A stretch of DNA of 64,000 nucleotides from an uncultured virus (IMG/VR IMGVR_UViG_3300037418_001250) (lineage: Duplodnaviria > Heunggongvirae > Uroviricota > Caudoviricetes), in the IMG/VR virus record IMGVR_UViG_3300037418_001250. One strand, given 5' to 3'. A program made the position numbers and the translations under genes. The notes below the pieces were generated by a model, which was not told the origin of the DNA, did no database searches, and worked only from the letters and a program-made list of their open reading frames with translations. Shown here piece by piece: positions 17,398 through 27,203 of this stretch. Position 1 is the first letter of the stretch, and each line of letters begins with the position of its first letter.

Positions 17398-17916
17398 ATG
17401 GCAACGCAATACACCTACAACGGCACCGTCCTCGACCCCGGGCAAGCCTTCACGGCGGGCGGCGTCGCCTATCCCGCAAACTGGCTCGAACTCGCGAGCG
17501 ACGATGATCTTGCCGCGCACGACATCATCAAGACCGAGGTCGCCGATCCCGCGCCGACGGCGGACGAAGTCAAGGCGGCGCTGTCCGCCTATGCCGACCG
17601 CAAACAGGCGATGTTGCTCAACGGCGGCGTCACCGTCAATGGCGTACCGGCCGCAACCGACGTCAACGGCCGGGTGAATATCGCCGGTGCCGTATCGCTG
17701 GCGCAGTTGCAGCCCGACATGACCTTCCATTGGGTCAACGACAGCACCATCACACTGACCGCCGACCAGATCATCGCCCTCGGGCAAGCCGTCGGCGTTT
17801 GGGTGCAAGACGTCTACACGGCACTCGGCAACGTGCTCGCGGGCATTGCGGCCGGCACCATCACGACCACCGACGAGATCGACGCCGCCAGTTGGCCGTC
17901 GACAGCGCTTTCATAA
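17398..17916 (+). CDS. fibre assembly protein (DUF4376-like)
   Basis: YPANWL...; GGVTVNG...TD...W...TLTADQ. Confidence 0.6.
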   Translation: MATQYTYNGTVLDPGQAFTAGGVAYPANWLELASDDDLAAHDIIKTEVADPAPTADEVKAALSAYADRKQAMLLNGGVTVNGVPAATDVNGRVNIAGAVSLAQLQPDMTFHWVNDSTITLTADQIIALGQAVGVWVQDVYTALGNVLAGIAAGTITTTDEIDAASWPSTALS

Positions 17917-17930
17917 AAGGAGACCGACCG

Positions 17931-18095
17931 ATGCCACTCAATCTGATCGTCAAGGAGCCCTTCGACGGCTACGGCAAGGGAGCGAAGATCGCGGAAGCCG
18001 CGGCGGTTACGGCCGCGCTCAAAGACCATCCCGAAAAGGTGCTTCGCATCGAAGCGAAAGAGGCGCCGCGCCCGAAGTCAACCCCGAAGGCCTAG
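17931..18095 (+). CDS. small protein preceding tail sheath
   Basis: AAGGAG SD; LIVKEPFDGYGKG. Confidence 0.6.
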   Translation: MPLNLIVKEPFDGYGKGAKIAEAAAVTAALKDHPEKVLRIEAKEAPRPKSTPKA

Positions 18096-18142
18096 CCGCC
18101 GCGCAGCAAATCAGCTTAAAAAGTTAGAAGAGCAATCTTTCT

Positions 18143-18200
18143 GCTCATCGGGCCTAGACGGTCATGGGGCACTTCCAGAGGGAAACCCCCATGCCGATCT
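18143..18200 (+). promoter_or_regulatory. late-leader RNA element, copy 2 (tail sheath)
   Basis: CATCGGGCCTAGACGGTCATGGGG; CATGGGG pairs with CCCCATG containing the start codon. Confidence 0.65.
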
Positions 18201-19732
18201 TTCAATACGGTCAGCTCAACACGACCGCGCTCGTCGTTGCTGACGTTTACGTCCAGATCGTTCCGCCGCAGTTCCTTCTGAACGGCGTCCCTTCCAATAT
18301 CGCGGGCTACGTCGGCACCGCCTCGTGGGGGCCGGTCAACTCGCCCGAGATCGTCGGCTCGCCTGCCGAATACGGCGCCAAGTTCGGGCCGCCGCAGTTG
18401 CGCAATTACGACCTCGGCACCTACGCCATGATCGCCTTCCAGCAAAACGCTGCGGCGCTCAAGATGGTCCGCGTCACCGACGGCACGGATGCCGCCGCGA
18501 GCATCGAAGCGGTGACGGGCTGCATCACTTTCACCTCGAAATACACCGGCTCCTACGGCAACCAGACCAAGGTGACGATCGGCCCCGGCTCCAAGGCCAA
18601 TTCGTTTCTTGTTCGGGTGCAGATGCCGGGCGTCATTCCCGAGGTCTTCGACAACGTCGCCGCCGGGTTGACGGGGGCCGCGGCTTGGGCGGCGATTGCC
18701 AACGCCATCAACACCGGCATCCCGAATATCCGCTCCGGCTCAAACCTCATCATCGCGACGGCCGATGACGGCACCACAGCGGTCGGCAACGGCAGCTACC
18801 AGCTCGCGGGCGGCACCGACGGCGTCACGACCATCACCGCTTCGGTCATGCTCGGCACCGACACACTGCCCCGCACCGGCATGTACGCGCTCCGCGATCA
18901 GGACGTCTCGATCCTGACGCTCTGCGATATGACCGATCCGACGACGGTCGCGACGATGGACGCCTTCGCGCAGCAGCAGGCGCTCTACGGCATCTACGCC
19001 GGTCCCGCCGGGCAATCGATCTCGGACGCCAAGACCGCCAAGACGACGGCGGCCATCGATAGCGCCTGGACGAAATGGCTGATCGGCGATTGGGCCTACT
19101 GGAACGACAGCTACAACGGCGTGACGCAGCGGCTCGTTTCCCCCGCCGCCTTCGCCGCTGGCAAGCTCGCGGCCTTGGCGCCGCAGTATTCGCTTCTGAA
19201 CCAGCGGGTCAACGGCGTCGTCGGTTCGCAGAAGTCCAATAGCGGCGTTCCTTATACCTCGGGCGACCTGCAGGAGTTGGCGCTCGCCGGTATCGACGTC
19301 ATGTGCGCTCCGGCGCCGGGCGGCAACTACTTCGCCTTCCGCAACGGCCACAACTCATCGTCAAACGGGTCGATCCACGGCGACAACTACACCCGGATGA
19401 CCAACTACATCGCTCAGACCTTGAACAAGGGCATGGGCATCTACATCGGCCGGCTGCAATCCTCGCACGCCAACGACGACACGCGGCGGCAGGCCAAGAT
19501 CACGCTCGACGCCTTCATGACGGCGATGCAGCAGCAGAACCAGATCGACGACTTCAAAGTCGTTCTCGATCTCTCGAACAACTCGCTGCAGCGCATCGCG
19601 CAAGGCTACATGCAGGCCGACGTGCAGGTCAGATACCTCGCCGTCGTCGAGTTCTTCCTCATCAACCTGCAGGGCGGCCAGTCGGTCGAGATCACCCGCA
19701 CCAACACCGTGCCCCAGGCGGTCGCGGCTTAG
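18191..19732 (+). CDS. tail sheath protein
   Basis: PSNIAGYVGTASWGPVN; KYTGSYGN; LAGGTDG; C-terminal NN...IAQG.MQADV. Confidence 0.9.
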   Translation: MPIFQYGQLNTTALVVADVYVQIVPPQFLLNGVPSNIAGYVGTASWGPVNSPEIVGSPAEYGAKFGPPQLRNYDLGTYAMIAFQQNAAALKMVRVTDGTDAAASIEAVTGCITFTSKYTGSYGNQTKVTIGPGSKANSFLVRVQMPGVIPEVFDNVAAGLTGAAAWAAIANAINTGIPNIRSGSNLIIATADDGTTAVGNGSYQLAGGTDGVTTITASVMLGTDTLPRTGMYALRDQDVSILTLCDMTDPTTVATMDAFAQQQALYGIYAGPAGQSISDAKTAKTTAAIDSAWTKWLIGDWAYWNDSYNGVTQRLVSPAAFAAGKLAALAPQYSLLNQRVNGVVGSQKSNSGVPYTSGDLQELALAGIDVMCAPAPGGNYFAFRNGHNSSSNGSIHGDNYTRMTNYIAQTLNKGMGIYIGRLQSSHANDDTRRQAKITLDAFMTAMQQQNQIDDFKVVLDLSNNSLQRIAQGYMQADVQVRYLAVVEFFLINLQGGQSVEITRTNTVPQAVAA

Positions 19733-19779
19733 TCGCGACTTCCCTTCCGCAGCCATTCTTTTTTTGAGGGACTAAGACA

Positions 19780-20226
19780 ATGGGTATCGACACCGGCTTC
19801 GGCCCGCTGACCATCGGCAAGGACGTTTCCGCTGACATCGTTCTCCCGAGCGGCCAAGTTCTCCGGCTCGGCAACATCACCGGCTTCGACAGGAAGCCAA
19901 TGTCGACCGACGTCAACTCCAAGGGCATCGATGGCGTCAACCGCTTCGGCAACATTCCGGACGGCTGGGACTTGTCCTTCAACGCCGACCGGGAAGACAG
20001 CTCGGCTGATGATTACTACGCCCAGGTCGAGGCCGATTACTACGCGGGCAAGGTCATCAAGAACGTGACCGTCTACGAGACCATCACCGAGGTCAACGGC
20101 TCGATCACGCAGTACCGCTACGAGGGCTGCTCGCTGAAATACACCGACGCGGGCTCGTTTGAAGCCGACAAGGTCGTCAAGACCAAGTGGACCGGCAAGG
20201 CCGCGCGCCGCACCAAGATTGCGTAA
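19780..20226 (+). CDS. tail tube protein
   Basis: 148 aa directly after sheath. Confidence 0.8.
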   Translation: MGIDTGFGPLTIGKDVSADIVLPSGQVLRLGNITGFDRKPMSTDVNSKGIDGVNRFGNIPDGWDLSFNADREDSSADDYYAQVEADYYAGKVIKNVTVYETITEVNGSITQYRYEGCSLKYTDAGSFEADKVVKTKWTGKAARRTKIA

Positions 20227-20252
20227 AGAGGCGTCTAACAAAGAGGCAGGAC

Positions 20253-20654
20253 ATGGCAAGAGCAGTGCGTCGCAGCGGTGGGGCTGCGGCAGAAGCGATT
20301 AACACCGTCGACAAATCGCCGAAGCGAGGCGTCAACGTCCACTACGTCACCGACGATCAAGGCCGCCGCATCGGCGTCAAGATCATCAACGCGCTTGAGA
20401 GCATGAGGCTCTCCCGCGCCGCCGGTAAGGACAGCCAGAATACGACGTGGATGATGTACGCAACCGTCGCCGCCTCCGTCGTCTCGATTGATGGCGAAGA
20501 GGTGCCGTCGCCGCGCTCCATCAGCGAAATCGAAGCCATCATTCAGCGGCTCGACAACTCCGGCGTCATGGCGGTTGCCGAAGGCTTGAAGGAAATGGCG
20601 GGCGTTCGCGATACCGAGACGGACCCGCAGGAGGCCGCAAAAAATTTGCCCTAA
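20253..20654 (+). CDS. tail assembly chaperone
   Basis: Between tube and tape measure; ends at slippery A AAA AAT. Confidence 0.75.
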   Translation: MARAVRRSGGAAAEAINTVDKSPKRGVNVHYVTDDQGRRIGVKIINALESMRLSRAAGKDSQNTTWMMYATVAASVVSIDGEEVPSPRSISEIEAIIQRLDNSGVMAVAEGLKEMAGVRDTETDPQEAAKNLP

Positions 20655-20815
20655 GCCCCGTTTTGAAACAGCGGCTATGGCTGGTCAAGAACGGGGTGCC
20701 TTGGGATACGGCCTGGGCGATGGATGAGATCGAGGCGGCGGCGATGGCCGTCACCTTTGGCGAAATCGAAAGCGGCAAAAGTTACAACTGGACCCGCAAC
20801 GCATACGAAGATTAG
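20639..20815 (+). CDS. -1 frameshift extension of tail assembly chaperone (G-T type)
   Basis: AAAAAAT at 20639-20645; -1 frame reads FALSPVLKQRLWLVKNGVPWD...NAYED*. Confidence 0.7.
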   Translation, partial: KKFALSPVLKQRLWLVKNGVPWDTAWAMDEIEAAAMAVTFGEIESGKSYNWTRNAYED

Positions 20816-20824
20816 GAGCGAGCC

Positions 20825-21244
20825 ATGAGCATGAGCCCCGGCGCATTCGGCGCAAAGCTGATGCTCATGGCAAAGGAAATCGCCAGCGCTCCGACCGGCA
20901 TGGACAAGGCGGCGAGCATTCTGCAGGATCGCGCCAAGCAGGTCATCGGGACTTACGATCTCGGCTGGCCAGCGCTTGCCGCTTCGACGTTAGCGAAGAA
21001 GGGCGCCGATACGCCGCTCTTAGAAACCGGCGGCTTGCGCGACAGCATTCAGAAGACCGTCGAGCCCTTTGTCGCGCATGTCGGGACCGACGATCCCGTC
21101 GGTAGGTATCAGGAACTCGGAACCGACAAAATCCCGCCGCGCTCTTTCATTCGCGCGTCCGCGGTCGAGAAAGAAAAAGAGATCGTCGAGGCGATGCTGT
21201 TGCCGGTCTCGATCACCTTCGGCGAAAAGCCGAAGATCACCTAA
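20825..21244 (+). CDS. HK97 gp10/virion morphogenesis-like protein
   Basis: W.ALAAST...PLLETGGLRDSI...QELGT.KIPPRSF. Confidence 0.75.
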   Translation: MSMSPGAFGAKLMLMAKEIASAPTGMDKAASILQDRAKQVIGTYDLGWPALAASTLAKKGADTPLLETGGLRDSIQKTVEPFVAHVGTDDPVGRYQELGTDKIPPRSFIRASAVEKEKEIVEAMLLPVSITFGEKPKIT

Positions 21245-21452
21245 TCAGGATGAACACCGTCAGCGCGGCGGTGAAGCTCACGATAAAGAGCAGCAAGTAA
21301 ACGGTCAGCCGCCACGCGCCGTGCGCCAGCCGCGGCAGCGCGTAGGCGACGTTTTCGGCCGCCGAAAATCTGACGTCCTCCGGCATTTTCCAATGCTCGT
21401 CGCGAGGATCGAACACCGCTTCTGAAAATTTGAACCGACGTTTGGGGCTCAT
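21237..21452 (-). CDS. small membrane protein, antisense to late operon (moron-like)
   Basis: Fills the 220-bp gap; C-terminal hydrophobic helix. Confidence 0.45.
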   Translation of the reverse strand: MSPKRRFKFSEAVFDPRDEHWKMPEDVRFSAAENVAYALPRLAHGAWRLTVYLLLFIVSFTAALTVFILIR

Positions 21453-21466
21453 GGGAGGGCTTTCCA

Positions 21467-23533
21467 ATGACGACCGTTTATGACCTCGAAGCAACGCTTC
21501 GGCTGAGAGATATGATGTCCGCTGGCCTCACCGCCATCGGACAGCATTTCGTGCGCCTTGAGAAGAATGTAAAGGCTGCACAGACCAACATCAATGCCCT
21601 CTCCGGGGCCTTCAAGGCGCTCGGCGTCGTCATCGCTGGCGGCGCGATTTTCAAGGGGCTTGAAACCCTGACGCAGCACGGCCTTCGTCTCGAGCATTTC
21701 AAGACGCAGCTTCAAGCCGCTGGCTACACGACCGAACAGGTCACGAAAGCCATGAATGCCGCCTGGAAGGAGACCGGCAACAACCTCAATACCGTCGTCG
21801 CCGACAACGTCAAAAACATTCACCATTTGGCGAACATCACCGGCAACTTCGACGAAGCCATCAAACTCCTGCCCATGTTCAACCGGGCAGAAAACGCCAT
21901 CAACTCGCTCAAAGACGAGCACGTCAAAGGCCAAGCCTTCGCGTCCGAGCGGCAGACCTACGACTTCGCCCGCACGATGGAAGAGCTGGGCGTCATGTCG
22001 CAACGCCCCGGCGAAACGCACGAGCAGTCGGAGCAGCGGATCACTTCGACCTTCAACGCCCTAATGAAGGGCATCGTGGCGATGCGCGGCCTCGTCGATC
22101 CCTCGATGCTTTACGCCGCCGTGCAGAACGCCGGAGGCACGCAGTTGCAGTGGAGCCAGGACTTCATCGGCCACGAGCTTTTCCCGCTGCTGCAGACGAT
22201 GGGACCGGCGGCGACCAACGTCGGCTACATGCTGACGGCGACGTTGGCGCAGGGCCGCACGACGCGGGCGACGGCCGCGGCACTGGAGAAGTACGGCTTC
22301 ATCGACGGCAAGGACATTGAAAAATACACCGGCTCGAAAGCCGCATTGAAGCCCGGCGCCGTGCTCGGCACCGACCTCTTGAAGCAGAATTGGGTCAAGT
22401 GGTTTTCCGAAGTCTACCTGCCGCAGCTTGCGAAGGCTGGCGTCAATATCGCCGACCAAGAGGCCGTCGACGCCGTAACGGATGAAATCTTCCGCAACAA
22501 GTCGGTGGCGCGCGGCGCGCGATACGCAACCAATCCCGGCACGATGGCGCAGCTCCGCAAAGAGCGCGCCAACATCGACCGGGTGCCCGACGACGCCATC
22601 GGCATCCTGCAAAAACAAGACCCGTCGCTCATCATCGGCCGCTTCGCAACGTCCTGGGACAACCTGATGACGGCACTCGGCCATCCGCTTGTGCCAGCGG
22701 CTATGTCGGTACTCGAAAAGATGACCGAGGCATTCACCAAGCTCAAGGATTTTGCGCACCTGCACCCTGGCACAATCGCCGCCGTCGGCAAGGCACTCGG
22801 CGTTCTTGCGGCGGGCCTCGTAGCGCTCGGCGCCGTGCTTATCGGCGGACTGCTGCTTTCGGCGTTGGCGCTACTGACGCCGGGCGGCGCTCTGATCGTC
22901 GGGCTCGCGGCTCTCTCTGCTGCCGTCCTGGCGTTCTGGGATGATACCAAATGGATCTGGGAAAATACACGCGAGCACATGGACAAGAACGGCGGGATGC
23001 ACGCCGGCCATGAAAGTCTACTCAGTGCCTACGACAGCTTTTTCAAACGTGCCTATAGCGATATTACCGGCGGCCTCGGACGCCTGTATGAGAGGATCAC
23101 CAACAAGACCTTCTCGCAATTCAGTGCGGCCGTCGACAGGGCAATACAGTCGTTCACGATGCCCATCGTCGCGAAAATCCAGTCAGTCTTTGCATCCATC
23201 AAAGACGCGCTGATTGCCGGCGTTGAAAGCCTGCTCGGGGCCGTAGCTGGGGGCGCCGGAAACGGCGGTCCCGGCACCGCAGCGCGCGGCAAGTCTCCCG
23301 GCGGCGCCCGTATTCCACCGGGAGGCTTCGGCCTGATCCCGCAGAAGGAGAGCTATGTGCCGGAGGGCGGCATGTCGCGGCCGGTCGTCATCCATACCGC
23401 CTTGCACATGGACGGCCGCGTCATCGCCGAGCAGGTCACTTACCATCAAGCAAGATCGGCCCGCTTCGTCGGTTCCGCCGCGACCTTTGATGGTATGATG
23501 CACCCCGGTCCAGTAGACCAATCGTACACGTAA
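21467..23533 (+). CDS. tape measure protein
   Basis: 688 aa, helical, Ala/Gly-rich, hydrophobic segment, C-terminal LHMDGRVIA. Confidence 0.85.
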   Translation: MTTVYDLEATLRLRDMMSAGLTAIGQHFVRLEKNVKAAQTNINALSGAFKALGVVIAGGAIFKGLETLTQHGLRLEHFKTQLQAAGYTTEQVTKAMNAAWKETGNNLNTVVADNVKNIHHLANITGNFDEAIKLLPMFNRAENAINSLKDEHVKGQAFASERQTYDFARTMEELGVMSQRPGETHEQSEQRITSTFNALMKGIVAMRGLVDPSMLYAAVQNAGGTQLQWSQDFIGHELFPLLQTMGPAATNVGYMLTATLAQGRTTRATAAALEKYGFIDGKDIEKYTGSKAALKPGAVLGTDLLKQNWVKWFSEVYLPQLAKAGVNIADQEAVDAVTDEIFRNKSVARGARYATNPGTMAQLRKERANIDRVPDDAIGILQKQDPSLIIGRFATSWDNLMTALGHPLVPAAMSVLEKMTEAFTKLKDFAHLHPGTIAAVGKALGVLAAGLVALGAVLIGGLLLSALALLTPGGALIVGLAALSAAVLAFWDDTKWIWENTREHMDKNGGMHAGHESLLSAYDSFFKRAYSDITGGLGRLYERITNKTFSQFSAAVDRAIQSFTMPIVAKIQSVFASIKDALIAGVESLLGAVAGGAGNGGPGTAARGKSPGGARIPPGGFGLIPQKESYVPEGGMSRPVVIHTALHMDGRVIAEQVTYHQARSARFVGSAATFDGMMHPGPVDQSYT

Positions 23534-23553
23534 TTGTACCGGGGAGAAGAAAG

Positions 23554-23883
23554 ATGAAATTCCGCATGATCGCCGCCTTGCTCGCTTTGTCGGGCTCGGC
23601 GGCGCTCGCTGACGACGTAAAACCAACGCTGAAAACCACGACCCTCGGCTGCCTCGCCAAGGATGACATGACCCGCTTCGTGCGTATCCTCGTCGATAAC
23701 GATCAGGTGGCGGCCAAGAAGCTGCTCGTCGAGCTGATGCTTGACGGCCGCTGCCGCCTTTTCGATCCTGGCACCGAGGTCAACATCACCGACACGGCGG
23801 TTTTTTCCGGCATCATCGACGTCAGGCCGCAAGGCGAAGTTGACAGCTATTGGGTCGACATGGGGCACGTCAAAATGCACTAG
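23554..23883 (+). CDS. secreted/periplasmic protein (moron-like)
   Basis: Signal peptide MKFRMIAALLALSGSAALA; Cys pair. Confidence 0.65.
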   Translation: MKFRMIAALLALSGSAALADDVKPTLKTTTLGCLAKDDMTRFVRILVDNDQVAAKKLLVELMLDGRCRLFDPGTEVNITDTAVFSGIIDVRPQGEVDSYWVDMGHVKMH

Positions 23884-23946
23884 CGGTTGACGCTCGCACC
23901 CGAAACAGCCGATAGATGAAGGGCGCGCAGGTGGAGCGCGCCTTTC

Positions 23947-23997
23947 GCCCAGCGGATCAAGACGGTCATGGGGCTCTTTTCAGGGGCCTGACCGTCC
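23947..23997 (+). promoter_or_regulatory. late-leader RNA element, copy 3 (baseplate genes)
   Basis: CCCAGCGGATCAAGACGGTCATGGGG; GACGGTCA pairs with TGACCGTC next to the GTG start. Confidence 0.6.
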
Positions 23998-24435
23998 GTG
24001 GCGGATTTCAATCTCATTCTCGGGCCGATCGTCTTCAGGGACTTCGAAATCCCCTCGAAGATCAATTTCGGCACCGAACAAGCCCACCACATTCACAAGC
24101 TCATCGGCGGCAGCCGGGTCATCGACAAGCTCGGCCCCGATCCAAGGCCGATCCATTGGGAGGGCCGGTTTCGCGGCGCCCAGGCCGAAGGCCGTGCCCG
24201 CTCCTGCGAGCGGCTGTGCAACTCCGGTGCCGAAGTGCCGGTCAGGTACGGCGGCTATACCTATTCCGTCATCGTCTCGCACTTTGAGGCCGACTACGAG
24301 CGGTTCTACGAAATCCCCTACAAGATCGCGCTGACGGTTTCCGGCGTTGGCGGCATCGGCGGCTTTGTTGCCAGCATCGGCAGCCTCATCGCCGCCGACA
24401 TGGGCTCGATTGCAGCTCTGGGGGCGGCGCTATGA
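23998..24435 (+). CDS. tail tube initiator/baseplate protein (P2 GpU-like)
   Basis: LILGPIVF..FEIP...HKLIGG.RVID.LG; synteny. Confidence 0.65.
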   Translation: MADFNLILGPIVFRDFEIPSKINFGTEQAHHIHKLIGGSRVIDKLGPDPRPIHWEGRFRGAQAEGRARSCERLCNSGAEVPVRYGGYTYSVIVSHFEADYERFYEIPYKIALTVSGVGGIGGFVASIGSLIAADMGSIAALGAAL

Positions 24436-24773
24436 CCGTCTACACCGGCGACATCAAAGCGGCGATCGGTTTCCTCGCAGCGCAAATCGCTGCGACGCCC
24501 GACTTCGATCAGCTTTCGGCAACCGACAAGGCGACGCTGCAACTCGCGGCGCAGCAGCTTCAAGACCGTCTTTCCGGCGCCATCGCGGCGCTCGACGCCG
24601 ACACCGCGCCGGGCGGCCTCTCCGGCCCGCCGCTGGCGCCCTCCGGCGCCTTTCCGCTTGATACCGCAGCGGCGCTTCTGGCCGCCATCGCCAACTCGGA
24701 ACAGCAGGCGACGCTCATCGCGCTCAAAGGCTTTACCGGCCGGCTACAGCTCAATCTTGGAGCCGCCGGATGA
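24432..24773 (+). CDS. baseplate-region hypothetical protein
   Basis: ATGA coupling. Confidence 0.55.
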   Translation: MTVYTGDIKAAIGFLAAQIAATPDFDQLSATDKATLQLAAQQLQDRLSGAIAALDADTAPGGLSGPPLAPSGAFPLDTAAALLAAIANSEQQATLIALKGFTGRLQLNLGAAG

Positions 24774-24988
24774 CGAACCCCGTCCTCATCACCGCCAAGC
24801 GGCTGAAAACCGTCACCGTCCCCGGCGGCACGCTGTTTGCGGTTGCGGCGCAGGAACTCGGCGACGCCTTGCAGTGGACCCGGATCGCCAAGCTCAACGG
24901 CCTCTCCGATCCCTATTTGCCGTCCGCCATGACGCTCAAAATCCCCGCCCTCGATCGCAACTACGACGATGGGGGTATCCTTGGCTAG
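24770..24988 (+). CDS. LysM-domain tail protein
   Basis: GGTLFAVAAQELGDALQWTRIAKLNGLSDP...LKIP. Confidence 0.8.
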   Translation: MTNPVLITAKRLKTVTVPGGTLFAVAAQELGDALQWTRIAKLNGLSDPYLPSAMTLKIPALDRNYDDGGILG

Positions 24989-26120
24989 CCGCAACATTCT
25001 CGCCGCCATTCAGGTCGGAGCGAAAACCGCGATTTGCGAAAGTCTCGAGGTCTCGCTGTCCAAGCAGCAGAACTCCGATAGCTGTCACGCCGAGCTGCCG
25101 CTCAACGCCATCGACGGTTTCGGTCAGGCAATCGATCTCGCCTTCTGGGATAGCCTGACGTCGGACAGCGAACTCGTCGCCGTCTTCGACGGCGTGCCGG
25201 TCTTCTGGGGCTCACCCGATAACGTCGCCGTCGATTTTGCGGCGGGTATCATCAGCGTCTCCGGCCGCGACAAGTCAAAAGGCCCGATCGAAAAGAAATC
25301 AACCGAGAGCTTCAAGAACAAAACCCGCGCGCAAGTGGTGCAGGAAATCGCCGGCCGCCACGGTCTTGAATTTGTCGGCACCGGCTCGATGGACAAGGCC
25401 GGTAAGCAGCAGCAGATCGACTGGAACCACATCACCGACGAGGTGTCGGACTGGTCGACCGTGCAGCGGCTCGCCGACGAGGACGGCAAGGTCGCCTTCG
25501 TATCGAACGGCAAGCTCTTCTACAGCGATCCCGACGACACGACGACCGGCGTGCTGCCGCTCTTCTACGTGCCGCAAACGGCGGCGAGCGCGGCGCAATC
25601 GAATTTCCTGTCCTGCACCATCCACCGCAATTTGCAGGCTGGACGGCCGCATCAGGTCAACGTCCATTCGCACCACACCAAGAAAAACGAGACCTACCAC
25701 GAGCGCGCCAACGTCGGCGGCAACGGCGCCATTCTGACCTACGACTATGAGCACGCCGAGCTGCAGAAGGGGCAGGGTCAGAAGATCGCGCAAAAGCGGC
25801 TCAGGGAGCACGTTCGCCACGAGCTGACGGTCGATTGCGATATTGTCGGCAATCCGCTCGTGCTGCCGACGTGGCAACTGGCGCTGACGGGCTTTGGTCC
25901 CTGGTCGCAGAGCTATTTCATCGACGAGGTGCATCACCGCGCCCGCCGCGACTTCACGACTTCAATCACCGCCCGCAATACCAAGAAGGGGCGTGGCGGC
26001 GCGGGCGGCGGCGGAGGTGGAGGTGGCGGAAGCGGTGACGCGGGAGGCGGCGCGGCGTCGGTTGGCGGCGATCAGTTCAACTTCTCGGAAAACGGCGCGA
26101 TCAATTCGGGGAGGAACTGA
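24969..26120 (+). CDS. baseplate hub (late control D-like)
   Basis: ISVSGRD...IAGRHGL...SDW...RLA; synteny; Gly-rich tail. Confidence 0.75.
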   Translation: MGVSLASRNILAAIQVGAKTAICESLEVSLSKQQNSDSCHAELPLNAIDGFGQAIDLAFWDSLTSDSELVAVFDGVPVFWGSPDNVAVDFAAGIISVSGRDKSKGPIEKKSTESFKNKTRAQVVQEIAGRHGLEFVGTGSMDKAGKQQQIDWNHITDEVSDWSTVQRLADEDGKVAFVSNGKLFYSDPDDTTTGVLPLFYVPQTAASAAQSNFLSCTIHRNLQAGRPHQVNVHSHHTKKNETYHERANVGGNGAILTYDYEHAELQKGQGQKIAQKRLREHVRHELTVDCDIVGNPLVLPTWQLALTGFGPWSQSYFIDEVHHRARRDFTTSITARNTKKGRGGAGGGGGGGGGSGDAGGGAASVGGDQFNFSENGAINSGRN

Positions 26121-26557
26121 TGAGAAACATCGAGCACCTCCTCAACGTCGTCAGGCGCGAAGTCTACCGGGTTATGCAGACCTATTCGCACGGCAAGATC
26201 GCCGAAGTGACGAGCTACGATCCCAAAACCCACATGGCGAAGGTGAAGTTCAAGCCGCGCGACAACGAGAGCGGCTGGCTGCCCATTCAAACGCATCACG
26301 TCGGCGACGGCTTCGGCGTTCTCGTCGGGCTTTCCAAGGGCGACATCGTCAAGGTCGAGCCGCACAACGGCGACCCGAACGCCATGCAGATCACCACCCG
26401 CTACCATCACGACAAGGCCAAGCCGCCGAAGGTCGAGAGCGGCGAAATGCTGATGAAAGACAAGAACGGCACGACGATCTTTTTCGATAAGGACGGCAAC
26501 CTTCACATCAAGTCGAAGGGTAACGTCTTCATCAACGGCTCGGGGAGTACGCCCTGA
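26120..26557 (+). CDS. baseplate spike (gpV-like)
   Basis: VTSYDP...AKV...ESGWLP. Confidence 0.8.
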   Translation: MRNIEHLLNVVRREVYRVMQTYSHGKIAEVTSYDPKTHMAKVKFKPRDNESGWLPIQTHHVGDGFGVLVGLSKGDIVKVEPHNGDPNAMQITTRYHHDKAKPPKVESGEMLMKDKNGTTIFFDKDGNLHIKSKGNVFINGSGSTP

Positions 26558-26814
26558 TGCCGCTCGTCATTCGCCTCGGCGACACTTCCGATCATGGCGG
26601 CCAAGTCATCACCTCGGCGTCGCGGACCTATTACAACGACAAGCTCGTCGCGCGGATCGGCGACATTCTCGATTGCCCGCTGCACGGCCCCAATCCGATC
26701 GTCGAGGGCTCGGCGAAGCAGGTCGTCGAAGACAGCCCCGTCGCCCGCGAGGGCGACCATGCCGCGTGCGGCGCGGCGCTCATCCACGGCCAAGCAACGT
26801 CGGAGGATAGCTGA
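26557..26814 (+). CDS. PAAR-domain spike tip
   Basis: RLGDTSDHGG...ARIGD..CPLHG...AREGD..CGA. Confidence 0.9.
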   Translation: MPLVIRLGDTSDHGGQVITSASRTYYNDKLVARIGDILDCPLHGPNPIVEGSAKQVVEDSPVAREGDHAACGAALIHGQATSEDS

Positions 26815-27203
26815 TGGATGCGGCCCATTGGTATGGCGAAGACCTGGCGCTTTCCGCCTCCGGCGACCTTCTCATGGCCGACGGTGTCGATCTTTGCAAT
26901 CAGCGCATCGTTCGCCGCCTGATGACGACGGAGGGCGGCTATTGCTGGCATCCCGACTACGGCGGCTCGGTGCCGCTCAGGGTCGGCGGCCTCAACGGCG
27001 CGCTTCCCGATGAAAACGCCCTCGGACTGCTTTCGGTCAACGCCGTCGTCAGAACGCAAATGTTTCTCGAAGAGAGCGTGCAGCAAGACCCCGAGCCAAC
27101 CGTCGCGATCTCGCCGATCAATGGCGGGGTCTTCGTGTCGGTCCAGTACATCGACGCGCTTTCTGGCGATAACGCCTCCCTCGATTTCGACGTGGTGCTC
27201 TGA
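26814..27203 (+). CDS. baseplate wedge gp25/gpW-like
   Basis: DL..S.SGDL...QRIVRRLMT..G.Y.WHPDYG. Confidence 0.75.
   Translation: MDAAHWYGEDLALSASGDLLMADGVDLCNQRIVRRLMTTEGGYCWHPDYGGSVPLRVGGLNGALPDENALGLLSVNAVVRTQMFLEESVQQDPEPTVAISPINGGVFVSVQYIDALSGDNASLDFDVVL

Noticed and set aside
25990..26070. GGC-rich repeat as a functional DNA element
   Set aside because: Explained by a poly-Gly tail in the baseplate hub protein
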